NCBI GenBank assembly: GCA_964474425.1
Contig: CAYYTC010000002.1
Span: forward strand, 39,859-103,858
Direction of reading: 5' to 3'
Length of the DNA stretch: 64,000 nt
From: an uncultured Acidobacteriota bacterium
Lineage (GTDB): Bacteria > Acidobacteriota > UBA6911
Shown here: positions 1-9,735 of the stretch, piece after piece
Position numbering within the stretch: position 1 is the first letter of the stretch
Layout: every line of letters begins with the position of its first letter
Notes under the pieces: model-generated
The model's database searches: none
What the model was told of the DNA's origin: nothing
The model's input: the letters and a program-made list of their open reading frames with translations, nothing else
Program-made: the position numbers and the translations under genes

Positions 1-348
1 GTCATGAGCGTGTGAATGAGTGTCGCCGCCCAATGTTTCAGGCCTTTCAATATAGGCAAACCCAATCGCCAGGCTGGATCCCGGAATGTCTTTGGCGCCC
101 CATGCCGTGATCATTGGAGCCGTAATCGAGGCGTGCATAGATTTCCACGGCTTAAACTCAACGACGTTGGGTTCCCTCAAGGCATTCGCCAGTTTGCTCA
201 TATCGAAGGATTCGTAGGTCGGCTTCTGAGGACCCATCATAGCCGATGCATTTAATGCGGATAGGACACTGGCAAAAGCCACGCCTGCCGCTCCAGCCGA
301 TACATCCTGAAAGAAATTCCGTCGGTCCGTTCGCTTCTTATGGGTCAT
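1..348 (-). CDS. Tat-signal exported protein, N-terminal 116 codons (gene continues past the window start)
   Basis: Not in the ORF track because there is no stop inside the window. Minus-strand ATG at 346-348 is preceded by GGGAGGG. The translation MTHKKRTDRRNFFQDVSAGAAGVAFASVLSAL... has a twin-arginine motif plus a hydrophobic region and reads ...GGDTHSHAHD at the window edge. The N-terminus parallels CDS 38880-39593. Confidence 0.6.
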   Translation of the reverse strand, partial: MTHKKRTDRRNFFQDVSAGAAGVAFASVLSALNASAMMGPQKPTYESFDMSKLANALREPNVVEFKPWKSMHASITAPMITAWGAKDIPGSSLAIGFAYIERPETLGGDTHSHAHD

Positions 349-951
349 TTGCTTCCCTCCCTGAAGAATTGTTGCCCTATTCATGACAGATGCTGCGCAA
401 AACCATTCGGCGAGTTTCAGGCGCGCATGCTCCTGAGACAACTTTTTTCAATGATTTTGATTGCCTGGTCACAGGAGGCCTATTATAGGAGGTGGGTGCC
501 GATGGCGAAAGCTAAATCAACAGCCGCCCGCGAAGCGGATTGCCGGGTTAAGTGAGGAAATCCTGGGGATGGGGACAGGACCCAAGGGGGGCAATAATGC
601 AGCCGCAGGATTGGCCCCGCAAGCGATGGCGCCTTTGGCTCACAGGACTCGGTTCTGGCAACGCAAGCCTGGCATTCGGGTGCGCGCCATAGGCTCTCCC
701 AGCCACCTTCATTCCAACGAGGCTGCCTGCGTGGGCTTCCCGGCAGGCCGGGCAATCGGATCATCCATGGATGGGTTTGAAAATGCTACCGATGCAGTTA
801 TTGATAAGCGACACCAATCATCGTGTCTGCGGCATAGGATCACCTGTTCCATCCGCTTTTCGCGCGGAGTCAACCCTATTGCTGCTTCGAGGCTGTTCCT
901 TTGCTCAAAGACTCAAAGGCCAAACAAAAAGCAATATAGGTCCGGCTGCCT

Positions 952-2223
952 CTACTTTTCCGGAAGATCGGGCTGTTTTATGGTCCCGGCTTCGGGTCTT
1001 GCAGCCGGCGCCGGATCTGCGCTTTCCTCGGCGGTTTTCTTCACGATATTGGGCGCTGCAATCTTTTGCATGGTTTCCACGCTAAAAAGCTCAAAATCCG
1101 AATATAGATGCGTATTGCGGAGAACTTTGCCTTCCCAATTCAGGGTAACGGTCACCTGCTTCGGCAGCCATAATTTCTTTGTCGTTCGATTCAGCTGGAC
1201 CTCGTCGAACTCAATATCTGTTTTTTGTTTTTCAAGCCGGATGAGGGGCAGAGGTTCCAGGAGGTCCGAGACAACGCGGATGATTTGGAAGGAATCCGCG
1301 TCAATCCAGACCATTCCCTGCTTGAATATCGTGCCTGTGTTTTGCCGGAGCCGATAGGTTCCAAACAGACGGGATTGGGCGGGAATCTGTGCATACCCTA
1401 TTACGAGGGTATTTCGGCTTCTCAGCTTTTGACGCCCGAGCAGCCGGAAAGAACTCCCCTTCTGATGGGCCGGGTGGAATATCAACGGAGCCGAAATGAA
1501 TCCTGAGGTCAGCATGTAGCCCTCCTTCGAACCCGGCGGGGAAACCTCGCGTCCCTTTGTATCCGATCGGTATTCGATGAAGGATGGCCCCCATTTTTCG
1601 TTTGTCGCTATGCCCAGATAGAGGCACTTGAATTTCAGACTCGAACGGACTTCTCCCTGACGATTTATCTTGTCCAGGAGCACATTTTCTACGGCAGAGA
1701 TATTGAGGAGGTCCGCGAAAAGCCTGGAGACACTCTTTCCCATGGCAGTGAGGATGCCTGCGAGCGGCGCCTGGTCGTTAGCCGGTTCAAAGTCCGGCAG
1801 ATCCTCCGGGGGGCGGTTAAGGTAATCGATGGATTCCTCGTCCTGTTTCTCAGCCCTTCGGTTCGCGGTCTGCAATCCGGTTTCGTCCTTCTTCCGAGCT
1901 CCAGTGAGTTCGGGAGGAATATGTGCGCGCGGCGGCATCCTGTTCATGTTGCGGCCGTCCGGATAGACAGTGGTTTCGGCATCTGCTTGGTCATTCCGGT
2001 CATTGGCTTGGAAAGCCTTACATGGATTCCCCTTATCGTTTGCGGCCGCCAACCTGGCATTGGATACCGGATCGCCTTCGGGCGCCGGGATCTCGCCCGC
2101 AACAACCCTCCGTGATTCGAGCCTTAAAGCCGGGTTCATGGTAACGACGTCCGGCCTGCCCGGAATCGCGGGAAAAAAGACAGGGGACGCATACAAGAGA
2201 ATGAGTCCGTATCCGTATCTCAT
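952..2223 (-). CDS. hypothetical secreted protein (423 aa)
   Basis: Long uninterrupted ORF with a hydrophobic signal-like N-terminus (MRYGYGLILLYASPVFFPAIPG). No family recognised from sequence alone. Confidence 0.6.
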   Translation of the reverse strand: MRYGYGLILLYASPVFFPAIPGRPDVVTMNPALRLESRRVVAGEIPAPEGDPVSNARLAAANDKGNPCKAFQANDRNDQADAETTVYPDGRNMNRMPPRAHIPPELTGARKKDETGLQTANRRAEKQDEESIDYLNRPPEDLPDFEPANDQAPLAGILTAMGKSVSRLFADLLNISAVENVLLDKINRQGEVRSSLKFKCLYLGIATNEKWGPSFIEYRSDTKGREVSPPGSKEGYMLTSGFISAPLIFHPAHQKGSSFRLLGRQKLRSRNTLVIGYAQIPAQSRLFGTYRLRQNTGTIFKQGMVWIDADSFQIIRVVSDLLEPLPLIRLEKQKTDIEFDEVQLNRTTKKLWLPKQVTVTLNWEGKVLRNTHLYSDFELFSVETMQKIAAPNIVKKTAEESADPAPAARPEAGTIKQPDLPEK

Positions 2224-2561
2224 GATGCACGCCCACTATGCCCAATGTGTCGTAATGGCTGGCAACCTAAGCTCTGTTATGTCCATTTCGAACATCCTCA
2301 GCTTGGAATGCTGCCCGAATGCCTGGAAAAATCCCCGGTTTAATACCGTGAAACTTGAGGATTAGGGCGCATGCTTTACCTGATGTCGCGGATATCGAGG
2401 AGCTGGAAAAATTCCGAAGCCATTTGCAGAATCCGAATATCCTTCTGAACCTGATTTATGGATCAGATCATTAGTCTATTACCAACCTGAACAGCAATCA
2501 ACATTGGCAATAAGAACGGTAATTCAACAATCCTCGGCGAAGGCAGGAAATGCCGGTGCAT

Positions 2562-3533
2562 TTACTTGCGGAGTTGCCGGAGCACCTCTTTGGCGCGGGG
2601 AGCCATCGGGCTCTCCGGATTTTCTTTCAGGTAAGTTTCAAGCTCCAAAATAGCCTTGGAAGTCTCTCCCGCATTGTTATAGAGATCCGCGAGCAGAAGC
2701 CGGATCCTGGAAGGGACATTCTTGCGTTCCAGTGCCAGCCTGCCCATGGCGATGCCTTTCTCCCATTGACGCATCTTGCCGTAGCACATGCCCAGTTCAA
2801 AGGGCCACTGCCAGCTTTCCGGGTCCTCCCGGAACGGTTTGAGCAACAGTTTCTCCGCTTCTTCGTAATGTTGCTGGAAGATCAAAAGCTCAGAGAGCGG
2901 GTAATAGGGGTCAAAGAACCCGGGATTGATTTCGATAGCTCTGCGCAGCGATGCCTCCCCATCCAGGGCTTTGCCCATTTTGAGGTAGGCCATTCCAAGC
3001 ATGTAATGCGCTTCGTAGTAATTCGGAAAAGCATCGATGGCTTTCCGGAAATGGCCGATGCCTCCCTGGAGATCATTCCCGGCACCCATCAGGTCCAGGC
3101 CGGCTTTGAACTCCCTGCGGGCCGCCTCCGGGATGCCCAGGAGGCGTGCCGATATCACTCCGCCGGGCGGGGCATCTTTGACCGGAACTCTCTGCATGCG
3201 CACCCAGATTGTCGGAGCTTCCATGGACAAGCGGTTGAGGTCGACCGATTCCTCGTACGGTTGGTATCCGTTTTTGGTTGCGCGCAGCAGAAACAGGCTC
3301 TGTTCGATGCGCCGAAACTCCACGCTGCCGGCGCTGTTCGTAAAAGCCATTTGCGCGATCGTGTCCGGGAAGATAACGATCTCAACCCGGACCTGTTCCA
3401 GCGCGGATCCTGTGTCCTGGTCCGAGATGCGAACGATCAGGTCCTGCGCACACGCGATGCCGGAAAAACCCAGCAGTGCATACCAGAAAGCTGCGGCGCG
3501 GAGGATATTCATGGGCATCAGGCCGGTTCTCAA
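2562..3533 (-). CDS. secreted TPR-repeat protein with an N-terminal beta-sandwich (carboxypeptidase-regulatory-like) segment
   Basis: Signal peptide ...AFWYALLGFSGIACAQD. TPR-like repeats are visible (AHYMLGMAYLKMGKALDGEASLRRAIEINP; ELGMCYGKMRQWEKGIAMGRLALE). Confidence 0.8.
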   Translation of the reverse strand: MRTGLMPMNILRAAAFWYALLGFSGIACAQDLIVRISDQDTGSALEQVRVEIVIFPDTIAQMAFTNSAGSVEFRRIEQSLFLLRATKNGYQPYEESVDLNRLSMEAPTIWVRMQRVPVKDAPPGGVISARLLGIPEAARREFKAGLDLMGAGNDLQGGIGHFRKAIDAFPNYYEAHYMLGMAYLKMGKALDGEASLRRAIEINPGFFDPYYPLSELLIFQQHYEEAEKLLLKPFREDPESWQWPFELGMCYGKMRQWEKGIAMGRLALERKNVPSRIRLLLADLYNNAGETSKAILELETYLKENPESPMAPRAKEVLRQLRK

Positions 3534-3918
3534 TATGCGGTAACGATTACAGGAAGCTCCTGTATGTTTCCCTGGTCCGCAAAGCGGCTATTACTTGTAT
3601 CATATGTCCCGATCCAGCTTCCCGTCAAGGCAGCCCGGAGAGCATCTGCGACGGGCACCGGTCGTGATGGAACAGGCGAAACGTGGCTTCATTCGCCACA
3701 AATATCATTGAAGCTTTTTGAATCGCGGAAAGTCAATTTCGAGGTCCCTCTGCGGGCCGGCTTTACCGGCGTTTCCGGGCATGCGTGCACGCTGCAATTC
3801 AGGCTTGGGACAACAAGCGGACATCCAATGAGCGCGATCCTGATGCCGCATCGACCGCGCGTCAACCGGCGCACCCAAAAGACAAGGGGTCGGCAACTCC
3901 TTGCGAACGGACAGCCTC

Positions 3919-5253
3919 CTACAACTGCTTCAACAGTTGCTGGGCAGCGATGTGAATCGGATCCCATGCCGGGCTGAACGGAGGCGCGTAGGCAAAATCC
4001 AGATAGGCGATCTCGTCAAGCCGCATACCGGTCCAGAGGGCGCAGGAAAGGGTATTGATTCTTTCCACGGCGCCTCTTGCGCCGACAGCCTGGGCTCCCA
4101 GGAGCGTCCCTGTCGCCCGGTCGGCCACCATTTTGATGCCCAGCCTTTTTTCCCCGGGAAGCGAACGGGCGATCGAATCTCCCCAGATAATCGTGCTGAC
4201 GGGGTGGTATCCGCTTTCCTTCGCTTCGCGTTCATCAATGCCGACTGCAGCCACTCCGAGGTCGAATATCCTGAAGGACTGGGCGCCCACGACTCCGGGG
4301 AATATCATGGAACCGCCCCCTATATTGACTCCCGCCACGCGTCCCTGTTTATTGGCGACATCTCCGAGGGGGATGTGCGTCCATTGTCTGCTCACGCGAT
4401 GGTACACCTCGCAGCAGTCTCCTACCGCATATATGTTTTCATCCGAAGTTTCCTGGGAAAAATTGACCAGGATTGCTCCGGATTTGCCGATTCGCAGGCC
4501 GGCGTCGACTGCCAGCTTGGCGTTCGGCCTAATTCCGATGGCAATCAGAACCAGGTCGGCCTCCATGAAACCGTTGTTTGTGTTCAGGCGAAGACGGTAG
4601 TCCTTCCCTGCCTCAATCGATGACAGGCCCGTATTTGGAGAAAAGCCCACCTCATGGCGGGCCATCTCTTCATGGATCATTTTTGAAAACTCGGGATCCC
4701 ATCGTGTCGCGGGGCGCTCAGCGAGATCCAGGACTTCCGTGGCGACATTCAGGCCTTTCAATGCCTCGCACATCTCAAGCCCGATGAAACCGGCGCCGAC
4801 GATCAGCGCCTTCCTGCATTGTTTTTCCCGCAAATAGCTCTTGATGGCGATGGCATCGGGAAGCGTTTTGAGCACAAAAACGCCTTCCATTCCCACGCCG
4901 GGAGCGTTCGGCACAAATGCGGTGGTTCCCGTCCCCATCACCAGTATGTCGTATGGGAGCGTCGTTCCGTCCGACAGCCGCACGGCCTTTTTGTCCCGGT
5001 CCAACTTATCAGCCCGGACGTCCAGCCGCACGTCCACTCCCGTTTCCCTGAATTTTTCAGGCGTCCTTGCGATAAGGCTTTTAGAATCCTTTATTACATC
5101 CCCGATGTAATAGGGCATGGGTCAAGCCGCGGTGGATACATTTTTCCCCTGCTCTATCATTATTACGGAAAGTGCCGGGTCGCGCCGTTTTGCTTCAGCC
5201 GCAACCGAAGCCCCGCCGGCGCCGCCTCCGATGATGACAAGATTTCTGTTCAT
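3919..5253 (-). CDS. pyridine nucleotide-disulfide oxidoreductase of the CoA-disulfide reductase/NADH oxidase type, predicted selenoprotein (UGA at codon 44)
   Basis: The ORF track gives only 3919-5118. Extending the same frame through TGA 5122-5124 reaches ATG 5251-5253 (AGGAGG 5 nt upstream) and adds MNRNLVIIGGGAGGASVAAEAKRRDPALSVIMIEQGKNVSTAA, which contains the GxGxxG FAD fold. The TGA sits in STAA-U-PMPYYIG, aligned to the family motif SFANC(A/G)LPY(V/Y)IG. The C-terminus YAPPFSPAWDPI is typical of the family. Confidence 0.8.
5092..5112 (-). promoter_or_regulatory. SECIS-like hairpin 9 nt downstream of the in-frame UGA
   Basis: The minus strand reads UAUUACAUC-GGG-GAUGUAAUA, a perfect 9-bp stem with a G-rich apical loop. 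It begins 9 nt after UGA 5122-5124. Confidence 0.6.
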
Positions 5254-5840
5254 GGCAGCCTCCTGGTTTGCGGATCATCAAGTAATTCCATGATAACAGT
5301 CCTACCCCTCCGGCTTGCAGGGGATCAGTCACCGGCGCAGGCTGTTGACGCATCCATTGCCGGCGGCCCTCAGCGTTTTTGTCGGCGCATTTCAGCGCTT
5401 GCCGGGCCGATGGTCCCAAATAGCGATTATGACAGGAAAACGCCCCGACGCGCAATGCAAGCAGACGTTTGCCTGATACCTCAGGACGCCTTATGATAAA
5501 AACCAGCGGTTCGCCGCCCAATATCTTTCCTTCATCCACCAATGTGACTTCCCTGCACCGTCCGGCCAAAAAGTTTGCCAGACCGCAAGCCGTTACGAGT
5601 TTTGATGAATGAGGCATCCTGTGCAACACTGATTGCGTTTTGAAGCATTCATTATCTTATGGCTATATCCAGGTCCCGATTCTTTATGGAAAGCGGGCAG
5701 AATTCCCTCGATAAAGGACATCCTATTTGCACGTCTGTGTAAGCCCTGCAAAAAATTGAACGTCGCTATATTATATTTTTCTGTTACACTTAAGGTTTTA
5801 AAGGCCGGCATGTCGGCAGGAGCGTTACCAGGCGGCGACT

Positions 5841-7385
5841 ATGACCTTTATGCAGAGGATCGTGGATTTCTTCACGCGGAAATCCACCGTTTCAAAAGGC
5901 GGCGGCGAGCAGGCCATCAGCAAACAGAAGGCCGGCGGAAAGTTGACTGCACGGGAGCGGATCGCTGCTTTGCTGGATGAAGGCTCTTTCCATGAATACG
6001 ACCTTTTTGTCGAGCACAACTGCCAGGATTTCGGCATGGACGGCAAAGAGCTTGCCGCTGACGGCGTCATAACGGGCTCGGGAACTATCGGGGGCCGCCC
6101 GATCTGCATCTATGCGCAGGATTTCACCGTGGCCGGCGGTTCCCTCGGCCTTATGCATGCCCGCAAGATCACCAAGGTGCTGGACCACGCAATCAAGATG
6201 GGTATCCCCATAATCGGCATCAACGACTCCGGGGGCGCGCGCATACAGGAAGGCGTCAACTCCCTGGCCGGCTACGGCGAGATTTTCTACCGCAATACCC
6301 TGGCTTCCGGCGTCGTACCCCAGATCTCCGTGGTCCTCGGGCCATGCGCCGGAGGTGCCGTCTATTCCCCGGCGCTGACCGATTTCGTTTTCGTCGTCAA
6401 TCAGATTTCCAAAATGTTCATCACCGGGCCGGAAGTCGTCAAAACGGTGCTCGGCGAGGAAATCTCGATGGAAGAGCTGGGCGGCGCCCGCGTCCAGGCC
6501 GAGACGGCCGGCAACGCCCACTTCTTTGCCAACAGCGAGCAGGAGTGTTTTGACCAGATTCGCAAATTGATCAGCTTCCTGCCCGACAGCAACAGGCAGA
6601 AGGCGGAGACCGTCGAGCCGAAGAAGCCCAAGCCGGCTTACAGGATAGAGCACCTGATCCCCAAAGACTCCAAGATCCCGTTCGACGTGCGCGATATTGT
6701 GCGCGCGTTGGTCGACGACTCGGAATTTTTCGAGGTTCAGGAACTGTTCGCCACCAATGCGGTTATCGGTTTCAGCCGGATCAACGGGGAAACGGTCGGC
6801 ATCATCGGCAACCAGGCAATGGTGCTCGCCGGCGTTCTGGACATCGACGCTTCGGACAAGATCGCCCGCTTCGTCCGGTTCTGCGATAGTTTCGGCATTC
6901 CTCTGGTCACCCTGGTCGATATCCCCGGCTATCTTCCGGGCTCCGACCAGGAACATAACGGCGTAATCCGCCACGGCGCCAAGGTTCTTTATGCCTATAG
7001 CGAAGCGACCGTACCCAAGATTACGGTGATTTTGCGCAAAGCTTACGGCGGCGGCTACATCGCCATGTGCTCTCTCCACCTTCGCGCCGACTTTGTCTTC
7101 GCCTGGCCGACCGCCGAAATTGCCGTGATGGGGCCCGAAGGGGCCGCAAACATCATATTCCGCAACGAAATCATGTCGGCGGAAAATCCTGAGGAAATGC
7201 GCAAGATCAAGGTCAAGGAGTACACCGACAAATTCGCCAATCCCTATGTCGCGGCTTCCAGCGGTTATGTGGATGCGGTCATCACCCCGGAAGAGACACG
7301 CGCCTATGTTGCCCATGCCCTCAAGATGGCGCGCAATAAAGGCGTATCGCTGCCGGCCAGGAAACATGGCATCCCGCCGTTCTAA
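5841..7385 (+). CDS. acyl-CoA carboxyltransferase (propionyl-CoA carboxylase beta / methylmalonyl-CoA carboxyltransferase 12S type)
   Basis: 514 aa with hallmark stretches GKLTARERIAALLDEGSF, DFTVAGGSLG, INDSGGARIQEGV and GPCAGGAVYSPALTDF. Confidence 0.9.
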   Translation: MTFMQRIVDFFTRKSTVSKGGGEQAISKQKAGGKLTARERIAALLDEGSFHEYDLFVEHNCQDFGMDGKELAADGVITGSGTIGGRPICIYAQDFTVAGGSLGLMHARKITKVLDHAIKMGIPIIGINDSGGARIQEGVNSLAGYGEIFYRNTLASGVVPQISVVLGPCAGGAVYSPALTDFVFVVNQISKMFITGPEVVKTVLGEEISMEELGGARVQAETAGNAHFFANSEQECFDQIRKLISFLPDSNRQKAETVEPKKPKPAYRIEHLIPKDSKIPFDVRDIVRALVDDSEFFEVQELFATNAVIGFSRINGETVGIIGNQAMVLAGVLDIDASDKIARFVRFCDSFGIPLVTLVDIPGYLPGSDQEHNGVIRHGAKVLYAYSEATVPKITVILRKAYGGGYIAMCSLHLRADFVFAWPTAEIAVMGPEGAANIIFRNEIMSAENPEEMRKIKVKEYTDKFANPYVAASSGYVDAVITPEETRAYVAHALKMARNKGVSLPARKHGIPPF

Positions 7386-7406
7386 GTTTCAGATGGGAGA
7401 CCCACG

Positions 7407-7724
7407 TTGAGCGAGCAGGAAAAATTCAGCAAGATCGAGCTGGAAAACGGTGTCTTCGAAACGCGGCTGACCAAAAAGTTTGCCCTTCGTAAACCCTATG
7501 AGAGAAGCGATCCGCGCGTCATCAAGGCGCTTATTCCGGGCCTGGTGGCCGAGATCGACACCAGGGTCGGAAAAACCGTCAGGAAGGGCGATACAATGAT
7601 GATCCTCGAGGCGATGAAGATGCTCAACAGGATTAAGGCGCCCCAGGATGGAACCGTCAAGGTGATCCGCATCGCCGCGGGCGAAAAGGTGGCCAAAGGC
7701 CAGATTCTGATGGAACTTGAATAG
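7407..7724 (+). CDS. small biotin carboxyl carrier protein (free-standing biotinyl domain)
   Basis: 105 aa, TTG start 6 nt after GGGAGA and 21 nt after the carboxyltransferase stop. Biotinylation motif ILEAMKMLN. Confidence 0.85.
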   Translation: MSEQEKFSKIELENGVFETRLTKKFALRKPYERSDPRVIKALIPGLVAEIDTRVGKTVRKGDTMMILEAMKMLNRIKAPQDGTVKVIRIAAGEKVAKGQILMELE

Positions 7725-7790
7725 CGCGCCGGATGCCCAAAACCGGCGCAAGCGGCTCATCAAAATTCCTGCATCACTCCATCTCCGAAC

Positions 7791-9146
7791 TTATTTATCG
7801 ATGTACGTCCGCGTTACCAGGTCGCGCACCTTTTTCCTGATCCGGGATGCCAGAAGGATACCCGCCGCCACCAGCCCGGCCAGGAAACCATACCAGACGC
7901 CTTCAGCCCCCATATTCAAGGTAAAAGCGCAAAAGTAGCTGACAGACAGGCCGACGATCAGGTAGGAGAACCCTGCGATGGCCATGGGTGCTCTGACGTC
8001 GGCAAAGCCGCGCAATATGCCCAAGCAGACCACCTGGAGACCGTCAAAAAGCTGAAACAACGCGGCGATAACCAGCAACGAAGCCGACAGATCAATCACG
8101 CGCGCATCATGGGTGAAAATATAGGGCAACCGGTAGCGGAATAGCAGGAATCCCAAACCGCAGAGTCCCATGTAGGTAACCACCAGGTGCATGGCCGAAA
8201 AGGCAACCCGCTCCACACTCTCGAAATTGCGCGTCCCCAATTGAAAGCTGACGCGGATGGTCGTTGCCATGGCCACTCCGTTGGCAATCATGAAGGTGAA
8301 GCTGGCCAGTCCCATAGCCACCTGGTGCGAAGCGAGGGGGACGTCGCCCAGCCAGCCCATCATCACGGCGCTGAGAGTAAAAGCGGAGACCTCCAGGACC
8401 AGTTGACCGGAGATGGGCAGGCCCACGCTGAAAATTTTCCGGATCTGATTCGAGGCGGCCTGAACCGTGCGCATCAATGCGAAATAATTCCGGATGGACT
8501 TGAGATACATGAATCCGGCATAAAGCAGCAACGGCATGGCGATTCGCGAGATAAGCGTAGCGTATCCGGCTCCCAGCAAACCCAGTTTCGGAAAACCCAG
8601 TTTCCCGAATATCAGTATGTAATTCAAAACGACATTCAGAAGGTTCGACAGGATTGTGGCCACCATGGCCATAATCGTGTTCCCCAATCCTTCTCCGATC
8701 TGTTTCAGCAGCGCAAAAAGAAGGAACGGGATGACGGAGACGACAAGGGTGCGATAGTACGGGATTGCCAGACGGACCACGTCCTCCGGTTGACCCATGT
8801 GAGGCATGAGCCAGACAAGCGACCACGAAGCGAGCGTGATGACTGGAAGCAGTAACGCCGAGAGGGCAAAGCCGCTTTTCATCACAGTGGCCACCAGCCG
8901 ATCGTCGTTGGCGCCGCGGGCGTGTGAGGTCAGGGGCGTCACGCCCAAGAAGAGTCCCAGTCCGAACAGCATGATCACGATGTAGATGCTGTTAGCAAAC
9001 GACGCTGCGGCCAGGTCTGCGGTGCCGACACGGCCAATCATGGCATTGTCGACCAGCTGGACGGTCATCTGTCCGGCCTGGGTCAGCACCAAAGGAATCG
9101 CCAGGTTCAATAGCCGGACATAATGGGGAATATATTTATCAAGCAT
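7791..9146 (-). CDS. MATE family efflux transporter
   Basis: 451 aa and polytopic. The N-terminus LNLAIPLVLTQAGQMTVQLVDNAMIGRVG is typical of NorM/MATE pumps. Confidence 0.9.
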   Translation of the reverse strand: MLDKYIPHYVRLLNLAIPLVLTQAGQMTVQLVDNAMIGRVGTADLAAASFANSIYIVIMLFGLGLFLGVTPLTSHARGANDDRLVATVMKSGFALSALLLPVITLASWSLVWLMPHMGQPEDVVRLAIPYYRTLVVSVIPFLLFALLKQIGEGLGNTIMAMVATILSNLLNVVLNYILIFGKLGFPKLGLLGAGYATLISRIAMPLLLYAGFMYLKSIRNYFALMRTVQAASNQIRKIFSVGLPISGQLVLEVSAFTLSAVMMGWLGDVPLASHQVAMGLASFTFMIANGVAMATTIRVSFQLGTRNFESVERVAFSAMHLVVTYMGLCGLGFLLFRYRLPYIFTHDARVIDLSASLLVIAALFQLFDGLQVVCLGILRGFADVRAPMAIAGFSYLIVGLSVSYFCAFTLNMGAEGVWYGFLAGLVAAGILLASRIRKKVRDLVTRTYIDK

Positions 9147-9393
9147 ACATAGTCTTGCCGCAGCCGTCCTCCGGTGTTCTCCTCTTCCGAAGCTCCCAAA
9201 GCGTTGCAGAAAACGATATCACCTTTTCGCGCCTGAGAGTCAACGGCCTGAAGCTTTGCCGATGAAGTTATCCCTCGTATTCGCCAATGTGTCACGGGAA
9301 AAACTCCGTACCCCGGCGAACCGGACAATGGACCCAGCTTTGTCCTTGACTCGTCCCTTTTTTCATACACAATCAAACACTGGGAGAAAGCGC

Positions 9394-9723
9394 ATGGATT
9401 CCGGCGGCTGTGCAGGCAAAATATTCAGCATTAACCTGACACACCAAACCTCGAAAGAGGAACCGCTGCAGGAATAATCGGCCCGGGATTTCATTGGCGG
9501 CGCCGGTTTTGCCGTTCAATGCATCTATGACGAGGCGAAAGCCGGGACGGCGCCTCTCAAAGCAGGCGTCTCCATGGGGCCGGTGATCACCAAAACGCAG
9601 CCGGACACGATGCGTGAGGAATAATATTCGCAGCAGGGATGGGATGCGCAGAAAGGGATGCCCGCCCGCGCAAAACTCTCTGAGCTGGGACTGGAATGCA
9701 TGGCGGACGCGTTGAATTTATAG
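9394..9723 (+). pseudogene. internally deleted relic of an aldehyde:ferredoxin oxidoreductase (tungsten AOR family) gene
   Basis: One frame reads MDSGGCAGKIFSINLTHQTSKEEPLQE*SARDFIGGAGFAVQCIYDEAKAGTAPLKAGVSMGPVITKTQPDTMREE*YSQQGWDAQKGMPARAKLSELGLECMADALNL*. The first 75 codons match the AOR N-terminus (GR.lrVnLs...GGrGla...PL...GPltGt). The last 30 match the AOR C-terminus (rGWd..G.P....L.eLGl). About 500 codons are missing and there are two in-frame TAA stops (9475-9477, 9622-9624). Confidence 0.7.
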
Positions 9724-9735
9724 GTTTGGATTTTC

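Noticed and set aside
620-692. Possible c-di-GMP-I (GEMM-I) riboswitch: CACAGG ... AACGCAAGCC enclosed by the helix GATGGCGC/GCGCCAT
   Set aside because: Only fragments resemble the consensus (GCACAGGGCAAACC ... GGGACGCAAAGCC). The segment is too short to form the P2 and P3 hairpins with a tetraloop and receptor. An Rfam scan would settle it.
461-1357. 298-aa plus-strand ORF spanning the 349-951 spacer and the 3' end of the 952-2223 gene
   Set aside because: The translation is Arg/Gly/Ser/Cys-rich with no motif and overlaps a better minus-strand gene. The 600-nt spacer it covers remains unexplained (no convincing ORF in any frame), but I could not assign a feature to it.
2550-3977. 475-aa plus-strand ORF
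   Set aside because: It is antisense to the TPR gene and runs across two intergenic regions. The translation is Arg/His/Gln-rich and not protein-like. There is no SD.
5195-5629. 144-aa minus-strand ORF upstream of and overlapping the selenoprotein gene start
   Set aside because: The first half (KLVTACGLANFLAGRCREVTLVDEGKILGGEP) faintly resembles a degenerate FAD/NAD(P)-binding N-terminus. The rest is low-complexity, it has no SD, and it overlaps the better-supported start at 5253 by 59 nt. It may be a decayed relic but is not callable as a gene.
5892-7367. 491-aa minus-strand ORF
   Set aside because: It is entirely antisense to the well-supported carboxyltransferase gene, and its Arg/Gly/Ala/Asp-rich low-complexity translation has no motifs. 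This is a typical GC-rich antisense artefact. The same reasoning applies to 20629-21741(+), 18722-19597(-), 47183-48127(-), 50214-51092(-), 55035-56135(+), 62176-62970(-), 53388-54050(-), 37117-37944(-), 25664-26281(-), 46229-46963(-) and 43613-44368(+).
9147-9393. Looked for a Moco/Tuco riboswitch upstream of the AOR relic
   Set aside because: I could not find the conserved CCUCCGAG-type core or a matching multi-stem architecture by eye. An Infernal scan (RF01055) would be decisive.
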